From positions 128,001-192,000 of the forward strand of contig CBDBLV010000004.1 in NCBI GenBank assembly GCA_965207225.1: a stretch of 64,000 bases of DNA, in the 5' to 3' direction. The notes below the pieces were generated by a model, which was not told the DNA's origin, made no database searches, and saw only the letters and a program-made list of their open reading frames with translations. The first letter of the stretch is position 1, and each line of letters begins with the position of its first letter. Positions 28,328-38,902 of the stretch are shown in pieces. The DNA is from Dehalococcoidia bacterium (lineage in GTDB: Bacteria; Chloroflexota; Dehalococcoidia; Plut-88900). Both the position numbers and the translations under genes were made by a program.

Positions 28328-29290
28328 CTACAAAGATTCAGGCTCCAGCTTTTCCCGCAGGTTGGCGAGCATGTCGTCGACCATGGTGGGGAGGTCGTAC
28401 TGGGGTTGCCAGTCCCATTCTAGGCGGGCCGGGGTGTCGTCTATGGAGTCGGGCCAGGAGTCGGCGATGGCCTGGCGAAGGGGGTCTACCTCATAGTTGA
28501 TCTGGAAGCCGGGGATTCGGGCCTCTATTTCCCGGGCGATCTCGTCGGGGGTGAAAGAGAAGGCACGGAGGTTGAAGTTGGCGGAGTGGATGAGGCGCGA
28601 GGAGTCTGCCTGGTCGAGGAGAATGAGGGAGCGGATGGCGTCGGGCATGTACATCATGGGGAGGGCGGTGTCGGGGCGGAGGTAGCAGGTGTACCGACCC
28701 TCCCTAATGGCGCCATAGAAGATGGCGACGGCGTAGTCGGTGGTGCCGGCGGTGGGCTCGGTCTTCCAGCTGATTATCCCCGGTAGCCGGGTCCCGCGCA
28801 CGTCGAGACCCAGATGTCGGTAGTAGGCGCCCACGGTCTCGCCGTAGACTTTGGAGACGCCGTAGAGGGAGGTCGGGTTCAGGGAGACGTCGTTGGGGGT
28901 ATTAATGGAAGGGGCGTCGGCGCCGAAGACGGCGATGGAACTGGGGAGATTAACCCTTTTCACTCCGCTGGCAAGGGCGGCTTCCAGAATGTTGAAGTTG
29001 CCGGTGAAATTGACGGCGTAAGCGAGGAGTCGGTTGGCCTCGGCAAGGGCGGAGAGCAGGGAGCTGAGATGGTAGATTACGGTGATGCCGTTCACATTGA
29101 TGACCCTCTCCACGTCTTCGTAGCTGCGGACGTCCAGAGTGATGCAAGGCCCCGAGGCCCGGATGTCCTCGGGCAAGGGTGTCACGTGGCCCGCCGCTAG
29201 GACGTTGTCATCGCCGTGGATTCTTCGGAGCTCGGGCACAAGGTCAGAGCCTATCTGGCCTGCGGCGCCGGTTACGAGGATTTTGTCCAC
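28328..29290 (-). CDS. NAD-dependent epimerase family L-threonine 3-dehydrogenase
   Basis: TGAAGQIG, PSSIAVFG, YGVSK, GTTDYAV, LPMMYMPD, RQAIADSWP. Confidence 0.88.
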   Translation of the reverse strand: MDKILVTGAAGQIGSDLVPELRRIHGDDNVLAAGHVTPLPEDIRASGPCITLDVRSYEDVERVINVNGITVIYHLSSLLSALAEANRLLAYAVNFTGNFNILEAALASGVKRVNLPSSIAVFGADAPSINTPNDVSLNPTSLYGVSKVYGETVGAYYRHLGLDVRGTRLPGIISWKTEPTAGTTDYAVAIFYGAIREGRYTCYLRPDTALPMMYMPDAIRSLILLDQADSSRLIHSANFNLRAFSFTPDEIAREIEARIPGFQINYEVDPLRQAIADSWPDSIDDTPARLEWDWQPQYDLPTMVDDMLANLREKLEPESL

Positions 29291-29299
29291 CGGCAGCTC

Positions 29300-30139
29300 C
29301 TACAGGGCTTGCCAATAACGCTTGCCCGCCATCCTGACGATGCGACCGGTATGGCGGTCGGGGTGGAAGTGTCCGGCGGCAATGGTATAGCCATCGTTCT
29401 CGGCCTTGGAAAGTACGGTCTCCCGGCTCCTGCGACTGTCGTCCTTGTTGATGTCTACCCGGGCGCACCAGTCGGGCTCATAAACTTGGGCCATGGTGTG
29501 AAGAACGTCTCCGACCACCATGGCTTTCTCGCCCTGGGAGCTGACGAGGATGACCTGGTGCCCCGGGGTGTGGCCGGGGGTGGGGAGGGTGGATATCTCG
29601 TCCGTGAGTGTTGCTTCGCCGTCGATTAGCTTCATATTGCCGAGTTTTTCCAGGGGAATTACATAGTCCCGGACATAGGGCGCCGACTCCAGATTCTTGG
29701 GGTCCGTGAAGTGGTCCCAGTCTTTCTGGGGGACAAGGTACTCGGCGTTGGGGAAGTTGGGGACCGCCTTGCCGTCTTCGAAGCGGAGGTTCCAGCCCAC
29801 GTGGTCGGGGTGGAGGTGGGTGTGGACTACGATGTTTACGTCCTCGGGCTCGAGGCCCTGCCCTTTGAGCTGGTTGATGAGGTCGCCGGTGCGATTCTCG
29901 CGGTCGGGGTGAGGCCCGGGACCCATGCCCGTGTCCACTAGGACGCACCTGTCCGCCGTCCTCACGAAAAAGCAGCCGAAATACAGCTGAAGCCGCCCCT
30001 CTTCGAGGATGTCGTCGGCGTAGGGGGCCCAGGCTTCGAGGGTGGTTTCCGGGAAGAAGGTGGTCGGGTCCCGTGAGGGGGGAATCATGTCCAGGACTCC
30101 TACGAGTTCGGCGTTGCCTACGGACATTCGGCTGGGCAT
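29300..30139 (-). CDS. MBL-fold metallo-hydrolase
   Basis: LVDTGMG, THLHPDHVGWN, TPGHTPGH, GDVLH, GHF. Confidence 0.9.
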   Translation of the reverse strand: MPSRMSVGNAELVGVLDMIPPSRDPTTFFPETTLEAWAPYADDILEEGRLQLYFGCFFVRTADRCVLVDTGMGPGPHPDRENRTGDLINQLKGQGLEPEDVNIVVHTHLHPDHVGWNLRFEDGKAVPNFPNAEYLVPQKDWDHFTDPKNLESAPYVRDYVIPLEKLGNMKLIDGEATLTDEISTLPTPGHTPGHQVILVSSQGEKAMVVGDVLHTMAQVYEPDWCARVDINKDDSRRSRETVLSKAENDGYTIAAGHFHPDRHTGRIVRMAGKRYWQAL

Positions 30140-30423
30140 TCGGGCCTCCTAGGGGTGTGGGTGGGGAGTATTGTAGCGGGTTTGGAGAGGAGGTGGGGCC
30201 GGAAAAGGGCTTGCAAGGGATTGATCGATAAGCAAAGGGCGCTGTTCAGGCAGTCCCAGGTCGGGGCTCGATTGTCTCCCGGATAGATAGCTGTCCTGCT
30301 ATTGCTTCCGAGCTTATAATAATGATGTCCAACGATATCGAGAGTTACCCGTACCCCTCGGCCCGACACACTGAGAGTAAGCGGTTCCTCCAGCAATCGA
30401 CGGATAGAAAAAAGGAGAACCGC

Positions 30424-30702
30424 ATGAAGATCTATGTAGGAAATCTAAATTACGACACACACGAAGAGGGCCTTCGCGAGGCATTTTCGCCATACGGCAC
30501 GATAGAGGATGCCGTTGTAATCACCGACCGGGACACGGGCCGCTCCCGCGGCTTCGGATTCGTCGAAATAGCCGATGACAACGCTGCCAGGTCGGCAATC
30601 GAAGCGCTCAATGGGACGGCAATCGACGGCCGGACCGTGACGGTAAACGAAGCGAGGCCCCGGGCCAACAGGCCCCCCTCGGGCAACCGTCGCTCCTGGT
30701 AA
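30424..30702 (+). CDS. RRM-domain RNA-binding protein
   Basis: MKIYVGNL (RNP2), RGFGFVE (RNP1), VNEARPR; AAGGAG RBS. Confidence 0.92.
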   Translation: MKIYVGNLNYDTHEEGLREAFSPYGTIEDAVVITDRDTGRSRGFGFVEIADDNAARSAIEALNGTAIDGRTVTVNEARPRANRPPSGNRRSW

Positions 30703-30725
30703 TCCGCGAAGTAAATACAATTGAG

Positions 30726-30762
30726 AGGGGCCTCTCGTGTCGGGAGGGGCCCCTTTTTCTTT
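30726..30762 (+). terminator. Rho-independent terminator
   Basis: AGGGGCCTCTC...GAGGGGCCCCT stem followed by a T-rich tract. Confidence 0.75.
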
Positions 30763-30935
30763 AGTGGCTTTCTCCTGCGCATTGTCATTTTGGGGCCAAC
30801 CGGGACGTCGCCTCCCCGTGTCTACCTAGTCCACAAATCTCAATGGGCCCGATTGTATATAATCCCTCCAGCCCGACTGCCACTAAGCCGGGACAGCGGC
30901 GAACCAAATAGCCTGGATTGAGAGGGAGGAGTGCG

Positions 30936-32075
30936 ATGGAATACAAGGTTATCTCGGGGGATTCCCACGTTGACTTGACCTGGCTGCCCGGCGACCTCTT
31001 CGCCTCCAATGCACCCGACTCCATGAAGGCGAAGATGCCGCGGGTGGTCGAGGACGAGAAGGGAGCGTCCTGGCGGGCGAACGGGATCGAACTGGGAGGC
31101 GTGGGAGGGCTGGGTTTCACGGGCGAGAAGGTGGAGAAGGGGTGGTCCAAGCGGCTGGACCGGATGATCTCCACCGGATTCTACGAAGATGGTTCCAAGG
31201 GCCTGTTTCACCCCACCACTCCCGAGCTCCGAGAGAGGGACCAGGACATGGACGGGGTGCAGGCAGAGGTAATCTACGGCATCCTGGGGGTCGGGCTTAA
31301 CCTGAAGGACCAGGAAGCGATGACCGAGGTCTATCGCATCTACAACGACTGGGCAGCCGACTTCTGCAAGTCCAACCCCGACCGCTTCAGGGCACTGGCC
31401 TGCATACCCAACCACGACCCTGCCGAGGCGGCGGAAGAGCTGAAAAGGGCCTCGGGGATGGGGCTGAGGGGGGCGGACTTCGCCGTTGCCTCGGCGAGCA
31501 AGCCGATGTACTATGACAGTTGGGATGTGCTCTGGGAGGCGGCAGAGGAAACCCGGGCGCCGATTTCTTTCCATACGGTCGGGCTCCCAAACCGACAACC
31601 GGACCCAGAGGAAGCTGAGGCGTACGAAAGACGCTACAGGGCGGTGCGGATAACGATGTTCCAGCTATCCGGCGTGGAGTACCTGGCCAGCGTAATTTTC
31701 TCGGGCGCGTGTGACCGGCACCCGGGGCTCAGGTTCGTGTTGGGGGAAAGCGGAGTGTCGTGGCTGCCTTACGTGCTGGACAGGATGGACCACGAATACG
31801 AAGACCGGTTCTACCACCTGAACCTGTCCATGACTCCCAGGGAGTTCTGGCTGAGGCAGGGGTACTCCACCTACCAGAAGGAGACCGTCGATCCTGCCAT
31901 GGTGCCGCTGATGGGCGAGGACAATATCATCTGGGGCTCCGACTACCCGCATCCGGACGGCGTCTGGCCCGATTCCCTGGCGATAATAGAAGAGAACCTG
32001 GCCGGTGTTTCCGTAGAGGCCCGGGAGAAGATCACGTGCCTGAATGCCGGGAAACTGTATGGGTTCCTGGACTAG
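30936..32075 (+). CDS. Amidohydrolase family 2 protein
   Basis: ISGDSHV, YNDWAADFC, ISFHT, ESGVSWLP, WGSDYPHPD. Confidence 0.9.
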   Translation: MEYKVISGDSHVDLTWLPGDLFASNAPDSMKAKMPRVVEDEKGASWRANGIELGGVGGLGFTGEKVEKGWSKRLDRMISTGFYEDGSKGLFHPTTPELRERDQDMDGVQAEVIYGILGVGLNLKDQEAMTEVYRIYNDWAADFCKSNPDRFRALACIPNHDPAEAAEELKRASGMGLRGADFAVASASKPMYYDSWDVLWEAAEETRAPISFHTVGLPNRQPDPEEAEAYERRYRAVRITMFQLSGVEYLASVIFSGACDRHPGLRFVLGESGVSWLPYVLDRMDHEYEDRFYHLNLSMTPREFWLRQGYSTYQKETVDPAMVPLMGEDNIIWGSDYPHPDGVWPDSLAIIEENLAGVSVEAREKITCLNAGKLYGFLD

Positions 32076-33223
32076 CTCCGCAAGGCCCCTACCTGTAGAC
32101 CGTATAGGGAGATGGCATTCTCCCCTGCAACCTTCCGCTGAGAGGATTCGGGGAGGGAGGAGAGAGTCTCCTTGAGCTTGCTGATGGGCTCGGTGACGGA
32201 GTCGGAGTGGGGGTAGTCGTAGGCCCAGAAGAACTTGTCCGCGCCCAGGGTTTCGATGCTGAACCGGGCGAGGCTTTCGTCGGGCTCCATAGCGATCCAG
32301 GTCTGCCTCTGGAAATATTCGCTGGGAGACATCTTCATGGGTGTCGTGAAGCCGTTTATCTCGTACTTTTGGTCCATCCGCTCGAGCCAGAAAGCCAGCC
32401 ACCCCACCCCCGACTCCAATAGCACAACCTTCATGTCCGGGAACTTCTCCAAGACGCCGTCGCCGAGCAGGGACGTGTACTGGTATTTGACCTCGTCGGA
32501 GGCTGTGACGTAGACCCACCATACTGAGCCGTCCTCGGGGGTGGGATAGAACTGGTTGCCGATGGAGGTGAAGCTGCCGGTGGGGTGGAAGGAGATGGGG
32601 ATGCCCAGGTCCTGGGCCTCGGCCCAGAGGGGGTCAAAACGGGGGTTTCCGAAGGCGAGGCCCTCGGGAGCAGCGGATATCAGCATGGCCGACCTCACTC
32701 CGTGCCCTGCCACCCGACGCAGCTCCTTCACGGCCTCATCGACATCCAGGGCGGGGATGTGGGCCGCTGCGTGGAGCCGGTCGGGGTAGGGTTTGCAGAA
32801 GTCGATCATCCAGTTGTTGTAAGCGCGGCAGTTGGCGGCGGCGAGCTTGGGGTCGGTGCAGACGTCTTCCCAGCACAGGCCGAGAGACGGGTAGAGGATG
32901 GAAACGTCGATGCCCTCTTCGTCCATGACCTTGATGCGTTCGTGGGGGTCGTAGCCGCCGGGGAGTAGGGACTCTTCGTAGGTGATGGAGCCGGGGGTGA
33001 GGTGCTCACTGACGTCCTGACCTATGCCGGCGATGTTGCCAAGAACGCCACCCCGCATGAACCAGGAGGCTGCTCCGTCGATCCCTAGGTATTCCAGATT
33101 CTTGTCATCCAGGAAGATCTGAACGGTACGATCCCGGAATTCCGGCTCGATATACTCTTTCCACATGTCGGGGGGCTCGAGGATATGGCCGTCAACGTCG
33201 ACGTAGGTCATGGAATGGTCCAT
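32072..33223 (-). CDS. Amidohydrolase family 2 protein
   Basis: VDVDGHILEP, YNNWMIDFC, ESGVGWL, YDYPHSD; GGAGG RBS before ATG 33223. Confidence 0.9.
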   Translation of the reverse strand: MDHSMTYVDVDGHILEPPDMWKEYIEPEFRDRTVQIFLDDKNLEYLGIDGAASWFMRGGVLGNIAGIGQDVSEHLTPGSITYEESLLPGGYDPHERIKVMDEEGIDVSILYPSLGLCWEDVCTDPKLAAANCRAYNNWMIDFCKPYPDRLHAAAHIPALDVDEAVKELRRVAGHGVRSAMLISAAPEGLAFGNPRFDPLWAEAQDLGIPISFHPTGSFTSIGNQFYPTPEDGSVWWVYVTASDEVKYQYTSLLGDGVLEKFPDMKVVLLESGVGWLAFWLERMDQKYEINGFTTPMKMSPSEYFQRQTWIAMEPDESLARFSIETLGADKFFWAYDYPHSDSVTEPISKLKETLSSLPESSQRKVAGENAISLYGLQVGALRS

Positions 33224-33367
33224 TGTGCGCTCCTCCAAGAGATGCTCTTGCCCGATATACTACACTCTGCCGTCGAGAACGGCATGAAACAAGCTGTTAA
33301 TAAGTTATGTTAGGTTATTAATAGTTATTAGCCATTAATAGTTGAAGGTACATGAAAGGTTATGTAA

Positions 33368-34126
33368 ATGGCAGCAAATGACAAAGTTGCGATTATTACG
33401 GGTGCAGGGACTGGAATCGGAAAGCGGAGCGCGCTTGCGCTGTTAAGGGACGGATGGTCGGTGGCGCTGGCGGGGCGTCGGGTGGAGAAGCTGAAAGAGA
33501 CGATGGATGAAGCAGGGGAATTAGCCCGAAACACCTTAGTTGTGCGAGCGGATGTAGGTGACCATGGGGAGGTCAAGGAGCTGTTTTCGAAGACCAAGGA
33601 GGCGTTTGGGCGGCTGGACCTGCTGTTCAACAACGCGGGTACGGGGTCTCCAGCGCGGCCATTAGAAGACTTGACTTTTGAAGTTTGGAAAAGAGTCGTG
33701 GACGCCAACCTAACGGGACCCTTCCTGTGTACACAGGAGGCATTCAAGATCATGAAAGAGCAGACGCCGATGGGGGGTCGGATAATCAACAACGGATCGA
33801 TATCCGCCCAGACGCCCAGGCCCAACTCGGCTCCCTACACGGCGACGAAGCACGGATTGGTGGGCTTGACGAAGTCCACCGCGCTGGACGGGCGGAAGTA
33901 TGACATTGCCTGCTGCCAAATAGACATCGGGAATGCGGCTACAGAGATGACTTCGGCAATGGCCAGGGGTGTGCCGCAGGCGGACGGGTCCCGGATGGTG
34001 GAGCCGACCTTCGACGTCGAGAAAGTCGCGGAGGCGGTGCTGTTCATTGCCAACCTGCCCCTGGACACGAACGTGTTGTTCATGAACATCATGGCCACGA
34101 AGATGCCTTTTGTGGGGAGGGGGTGA
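33368..34126 (+). CDS. SDR family oxidoreductase
   Basis: [38 protein letters not shown]. Confidence 0.92.
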   Translation: MAANDKVAIITGAGTGIGKRSALALLRDGWSVALAGRRVEKLKETMDEAGELARNTLVVRADVGDHGEVKELFSKTKEAFGRLDLLFNNAGTGSPARPLEDLTFEVWKRVVDANLTGPFLCTQEAFKIMKEQTPMGGRIINNGSISAQTPRPNSAPYTATKHGLVGLTKSTALDGRKYDIACCQIDIGNAATEMTSAMARGVPQADGSRMVEPTFDVEKVAEAVLFIANLPLDTNVLFMNIMATKMPFVGRG

Positions 34127-34224
34127 GGGCGATGGTTGCGCCTACTGAAGAGGAGGAGTGAGCAGTAGGAGAGGCGATGTAGATTCCTCGCGGGGCCTCG
34201 GAATGGGAGGGGAACTGGGAAGGG

Positions 34225-35772
34225 CTAGTTATTATCTTTGATGAAATCGGCGACCTTTTCGGCCATGGCTATTACGGTTACGTTGAGGTTGGCGTGTATG
34301 GTGTCGGGCATTATGGAGGCGTCGACCAAGCGGAGCCCCTCGAGGCCGTAGACCCGACCGTACTGATCGCAGACAGCGAGGGGGTCGCTGGACAGGCCCA
34401 TCTTGCAGGTGCTGGAGACGTGGTGGGTCGTGACAACCTCGGTCTTCATCCACTCATCAAGCAATTCGTCGGAATCCAAGACCTCGTCGGCAGGACCGGA
34501 GCGTCTATCGATAATGTCCTTGAATGCCTCGTGGCTGAAGAGTTCCTGACAGAGCCGCATGCTGTCCCGCATTCTCTTCAGGTCAAAGGGGTCGTCGAGG
34601 AGGTTGTAATCTAGGTTTGGCTGCACTCGGGGGTCGGTGGAACGGAGTCGCAGCTCGCCCTGGCTGAGCGGCAGATAAAGGCACTGGCAGACGCCGATGC
34701 CGACAGGCTCTTTTTCATCGAGGCCCCGGAAAGGTCTCGCGGCCAGATAGTTGGCAACGTAGAGAATCATGTCGTTGGGAAAGGGAGAACCTTCTGCCGT
34801 GTACCTGAGAGTCACGGTGCCGCAGTCTACCTGGTTGATGTCCAGGGGATACCCTTCCTTTGTGATCCAGCAGACGGGGACGTCCGGGTGGTCGCGGAGG
34901 TTCTTTCCTACGCCGGGCAGGTCTTGCACCACCGGGATGCCCAGTTCTCTGAGGTCGTCTCCGGGCCCTACACCTGACAGGAGCAAAATGTGCGGCGTCC
35001 CTATAGCCCCGGCACAGAGCACAATCTCGTCACCGTATACGGAGAACATCTCCCGCCCACTTATGACGAGTACGCCGACAGCCCGGTTTCCATCGAAGAT
35101 TATGCCGTGGACGTGGCAGTCGCCGCGTATCGTCAGGTTGAGGCGGTGTCGGGCTGGGTTGAGATAGCCGATGTTGGTGCTGATGCGGACGCCGTCTATG
35201 GCGTTGAAGGCCAAGGGCCCGACGCCCGTGGAGTCGGGGCAGTTGTGGTCGGGGCAATCGGGGAAGCCGGCATCCCGACATGCCTGGTAGAAGGCGTGGT
35301 GGTGTGGCGCCCATTGTTCTTCAGGAATGCGTTGGCACGGTATGGGCCCGTCGTTCCCGTGGTGTTCGTCACGAAAGTCCTGGTCAGCTTCGATACGTCT
35401 GAAGTAGGGCAAGATGTTCTCGAATGACCACTCGTCGTTTCCCCATTCGACCCACCGGTCATAGTCTTCCCGCACGCCTCTAAGGAAGTGGACGCCGTTG
35501 ACCCCGCTTGAACCGCCGGTAATCTTCCCCCGAGGGATGTCTATGCGCGTGAGATCGGTGGCACGGGCACTGAAATTCCAGATGTGGTCGGAGTCCCAGA
35601 CCGCGACCTTGCTGCCGTAGGCAAGCCTGACTTCCTCGGGGATGCGTTCGAACTCGGGGAAGTCGGAGCCTGCTTCGATAAGGAGGACGGAGCGGTTGGG
35701 GTCCTCGGTGAGTCGGGCGGCGAGGGTTGCCCCCGCGGAGCCCGCTCCTACGATGATGTGGTCGTATTTCAT
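34225..35772 (-). CDS. GMC oxidoreductase (choline dehydrogenase/MftG-like), paralog 3
   Basis: IIVGAGSAG, RGKITGGSS.VN, GKNLRDHP, HHVSSTCKMG, VDASIMP. Alternative coupled TTG start at 35796. Confidence 0.9.
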   Translation of the reverse strand: MKYDHIIVGAGSAGATLAARLTEDPNRSVLLIEAGSDFPEFERIPEEVRLAYGSKVAVWDSDHIWNFSARATDLTRIDIPRGKITGGSSGVNGVHFLRGVREDYDRWVEWGNDEWSFENILPYFRRIEADQDFRDEHHGNDGPIPCQRIPEEQWAPHHHAFYQACRDAGFPDCPDHNCPDSTGVGPLAFNAIDGVRISTNIGYLNPARHRLNLTIRGDCHVHGIIFDGNRAVGVLVISGREMFSVYGDEIVLCAGAIGTPHILLLSGVGPGDDLRELGIPVVQDLPGVGKNLRDHPDVPVCWITKEGYPLDINQVDCGTVTLRYTAEGSPFPNDMILYVANYLAARPFRGLDEKEPVGIGVCQCLYLPLSQGELRLRSTDPRVQPNLDYNLLDDPFDLKRMRDSMRLCQELFSHEAFKDIIDRRSGPADEVLDSDELLDEWMKTEVVTTHHVSSTCKMGLSSDPLAVCDQYGRVYGLEGLRLVDASIMPDTIHANLNVTVIAMAEKVADFIKDNN

Positions 35773-35792
35773 CGAACTGGCCTTGTGGCTCG

Positions 35793-37337
35793 TCAACTGC
35801 CCTGCTTGATGAAGTCTGCGACCTTCTCTCCCATAGTCATCACGGTGACATTGAGATTGGCACGCACAGTGTCAGGCATCATGGAAGCGTCCACGAGGCG
35901 CAAGCCCTCGACGCCGTAGACCCGACCGTATTGGTCGCAGACAGCAAGAGGGTCGCTGGTCGGGCCCATCTTGCAGGTGCTGGAAATATGGTGGGCAGTG
36001 AACACCTCGTGGAGCATCCAATCGTCCAAAAGATCGTCGTCGTTGAGGGTCTCGTCAGATGGAGCGTAACGCCTTTCGATGATATCTGAGAACGCGGGGT
36101 GGCTCAGAAGGGAGTCGGAGAGGCGGACGGATTCGCGCATGCGCTGAAGGTCGAAGGGGTCGTCCAGGAGATTGTAGTCGAGGATTGGCTGTTGCCGGGG
36201 GTCGGTGGACTGGAGCCGGAGATCGCCCTGGCTGACGGCGAGGTAAAGGCACGGGCCGACGCTAAACCCGACCGGGTCCTTTTCGTCGAGCCCCCTGTTG
36301 GGCCGCCTGGCGGAATAGTTGCCCATGTAGATGATCATGTCATTGGTGAAGGGCGAGCCCGTGGCGGTGTAGCGCAGGGTTACGGTACCCGTTGCGGTCA
36401 TGGGGAGGTCCATTGGGAAGTCGGGGAGGGTCAGGTAGCACATGGGCAACCAGGGATGATCTCGAAGGTTGCGCCCGACACCCGGCAAATCTTGCACAAC
36501 AGGAATGCCGAAGAACTGAAGCTGCTCCGCGGGCCCAATGCCGGAGAGTAAGAGGATGTGAGGAGTGCCGACTGCGCCTGCGCACAGGATGATCTCCTCC
36601 CCGTACACTGAGAACATCTCCTTGCCGCTTATCACCAGTAACCCCGCCGCCCGGTTGCCGTCGAAGATGATGCCGTGGACGAGGCAGTTGGGCCGGATGG
36701 TCAGGTTGAGTCGGTGCCGAATCGGGTTCAGGTAACCAATGGCGGTGCTTATGCGGATCTTGTCGATGATGTTGAAGGACAGGGGTCCGACACCCGTGGA
36801 GTCAGGGCGGTTGTGATCGGGGCAGTGGGGGAAGCCCATGTCTCGGGCGGCCTGGTAGAAGGCACGCTGGTGGGGAGGCCACTCATCCTCGGGGTGGCGG
36901 CTACAGGTGATGGTGCCGTCATTGCCGTGGAATTCGTCCCGGAAGTCCTGGTCGGCCTCCATGCATTTCATGTATGGAAGAACGTTGTCAAAGGACCACT
37001 GGTCGTTGCCCCATTCCGCCCAGCGATCGTAGTCCTCCCTTTCGCCACGGAGAAACTGGGCGCCGTTGACGGCGCTAGACCCTCCAGTGATCTTACCGCG
37101 GGGGATGTCCATGCGGGTTTTGGATGTGGCCCGGGCGCTGAAGTTCCAGAGGTGGTCGGAATCGAAAATCGATCTGCCTCCGTATGCAAGTTTGATCTCC
37201 TCAGGGAGACGCTCGATTTCGGGGAAGTCACCGCCAGCTTCGAGGAGGAGGACGGAGCGGTCGGGGTCTTCGGTGAGTCGGGCGGCGAGGGTTGCCCCCG
37301 CGGAGCCCGCTCCTACGATTATGTGGTCGTATTTCAT
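35793..37337 (-). CDS. GMC oxidoreductase (MftG-like), paralog 2
   Basis: Same GMC motifs; HHISSTCKMG, RANLNVT. Confidence 0.9.
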   Translation of the reverse strand: MKYDHIIVGAGSAGATLAARLTEDPDRSVLLLEAGGDFPEIERLPEEIKLAYGGRSIFDSDHLWNFSARATSKTRMDIPRGKITGGSSAVNGAQFLRGEREDYDRWAEWGNDQWSFDNVLPYMKCMEADQDFRDEFHGNDGTITCSRHPEDEWPPHQRAFYQAARDMGFPHCPDHNRPDSTGVGPLSFNIIDKIRISTAIGYLNPIRHRLNLTIRPNCLVHGIIFDGNRAAGLLVISGKEMFSVYGEEIILCAGAVGTPHILLLSGIGPAEQLQFFGIPVVQDLPGVGRNLRDHPWLPMCYLTLPDFPMDLPMTATGTVTLRYTATGSPFTNDMIIYMGNYSARRPNRGLDEKDPVGFSVGPCLYLAVSQGDLRLQSTDPRQQPILDYNLLDDPFDLQRMRESVRLSDSLLSHPAFSDIIERRYAPSDETLNDDDLLDDWMLHEVFTAHHISSTCKMGPTSDPLAVCDQYGRVYGVEGLRLVDASMMPDTVRANLNVTVMTMGEKVADFIKQGS

Positions 37338-37357
37338 GGGGTTTTCCCTATTGTTCG

Positions 37358-38902
37358 CTAGTTGCCCTGCTTGATGAACTCAGCGACTTTTTCTCCCATG
37401 GTCATGACGGTGACGTTCAGGTTGGCGCGCACGGTGTCGGGCATCATGGAGGCGTCGACCAGCCGGAGCCCCTCGACGCCGTAGACATGGCCGTACTGGT
37501 CGCAGACGGCGAGGGGATCGCTGGTCGGTCCCATCTTGCAAGTGCTGGAGATATGGTGGGCGGTCATTACCTCGTGGAGCATCCAGTCATCCAGCAGATC
37601 GTCGTCTGCGAACGTTTCGTCGGAAGGGGCGTTGCGTTTCTCCACTATGTCGGAGAAGGCAGAGTGTTTGAAGAAGGAGTCGGTGAGACGGACACATTCC
37701 CGCATTCGCTGAAGATCAAAGGGGTCATCGAGTAGGTTGTAGTCCAAGAACGGTTGCTGCCGGGGGTCGGTGGACTGGAGATGCAGTTCACCCTGGCTCA
37801 TAGCGAGGTAGAGCGCAGGCCCGACCCCGATGCCGATGGGGTTCTTGTCGTCGATTCCCCGGCCGGGTCTCACGGCGGCGTAGTTGCCCATATAGACGAT
37901 CATGTCGTTCACGAAAGGCGAGCCGGTGGCGGTGTAGCGAAGGGTGACAGCGCCTGAGGCCGGAGTGGGGGCATCCAGGGGGTAGTCGGGCTTGGTCACG
38001 TAGCACATAGGCAGATAAGGGTGGTCCCGCAGGTTTCGCCCGACCCCGGGTAGATCCTGTAATACGGGAATTCCCATCGAAGCGAGATGCTCCGCAGGCC
38101 CTACCCCCGACAAAAGAAGAATGTGAGGCGTGCCCACAGCGCCAGCACAAAGGATGATCTCCTCTCCGTAGACCGAGAACATCTCCCGGCCGCTGATGAC
38201 CAGCAGGCCCTCGGCACGGCTGCCATCGAAGATGATGCCGTGTACCAGGCAGTTGGGCCGGATGGTGAGGTTCAGTCGGTGGCGGCTCGGGTTCAGGTAG
38301 CCCAGGGCCGTGCTCTGCCGCACCCGGTCAATGATATTGAACGCCAGGGGCCCGACGCCTGTTGAGTCGGTGCGGTTGTGGTCGGGGCAGTGGGGGAACC
38401 CCGCGTTCCGGGCTGCCTCGTAGAAGGCGCGCTGGTGGGGAGGCCACTCGTCCTCGGGGTGGCGCCGGCACATGATTGGGCCGTCGTTGCCATGGTGCTC
38501 GTCCCGGAAGTCCTGGTCGGATTCCATGCGCTTCATGAAGGGCAGAACGTTTTCGAAGGACCATTGGTCGTTGCCCCACTCTGCCCAGCGGTCGTAGTCC
38601 TCGCGTACGCCGCGTAGGAACTGGGCGTCGTTGACCGAGCTTGAGCCTCCCGTAATCTTGCCCCGAGGAATGTCCATGTGGGTCTTGGAAGTGGCCCGGG
38701 CACTGAAGTTCCAGATGTGGTCGGAGTCGTAGATCGTCCTTCCGCCGTAGGCGAATTTGACCTCTTCTGGAATGCGGTCGAACTCGGGGAAGTCGCCGCC
38801 TGCTTCGAGAAGAAGGACTGAGCGGTCGGGGTCTTCGGTGAGTCGGGCGGCGAGGGTGGCCCCAGCGGAGCCCGCTCCCACTATGATGTGGTCGTATTTC
38901 AT
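37358..38902 (-). CDS. GMC oxidoreductase (MftG-like), paralog 1
   Basis: Same GMC motifs; AAAGGA RBS upstream. Confidence 0.9.
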   Translation of the reverse strand: MKYDHIIVGAGSAGATLAARLTEDPDRSVLLLEAGGDFPEFDRIPEEVKFAYGGRTIYDSDHIWNFSARATSKTHMDIPRGKITGGSSSVNDAQFLRGVREDYDRWAEWGNDQWSFENVLPFMKRMESDQDFRDEHHGNDGPIMCRRHPEDEWPPHQRAFYEAARNAGFPHCPDHNRTDSTGVGPLAFNIIDRVRQSTALGYLNPSRHRLNLTIRPNCLVHGIIFDGSRAEGLLVISGREMFSVYGEEIILCAGAVGTPHILLLSGVGPAEHLASMGIPVLQDLPGVGRNLRDHPYLPMCYVTKPDYPLDAPTPASGAVTLRYTATGSPFVNDMIVYMGNYAAVRPGRGIDDKNPIGIGVGPALYLAMSQGELHLQSTDPRQQPFLDYNLLDDPFDLQRMRECVRLTDSFFKHSAFSDIVEKRNAPSDETFADDDLLDDWMLHEVMTAHHISSTCKMGPTSDPLAVCDQYGHVYGVEGLRLVDASMMPDTVRANLNVTVMTMGEKVAEFIKQGN

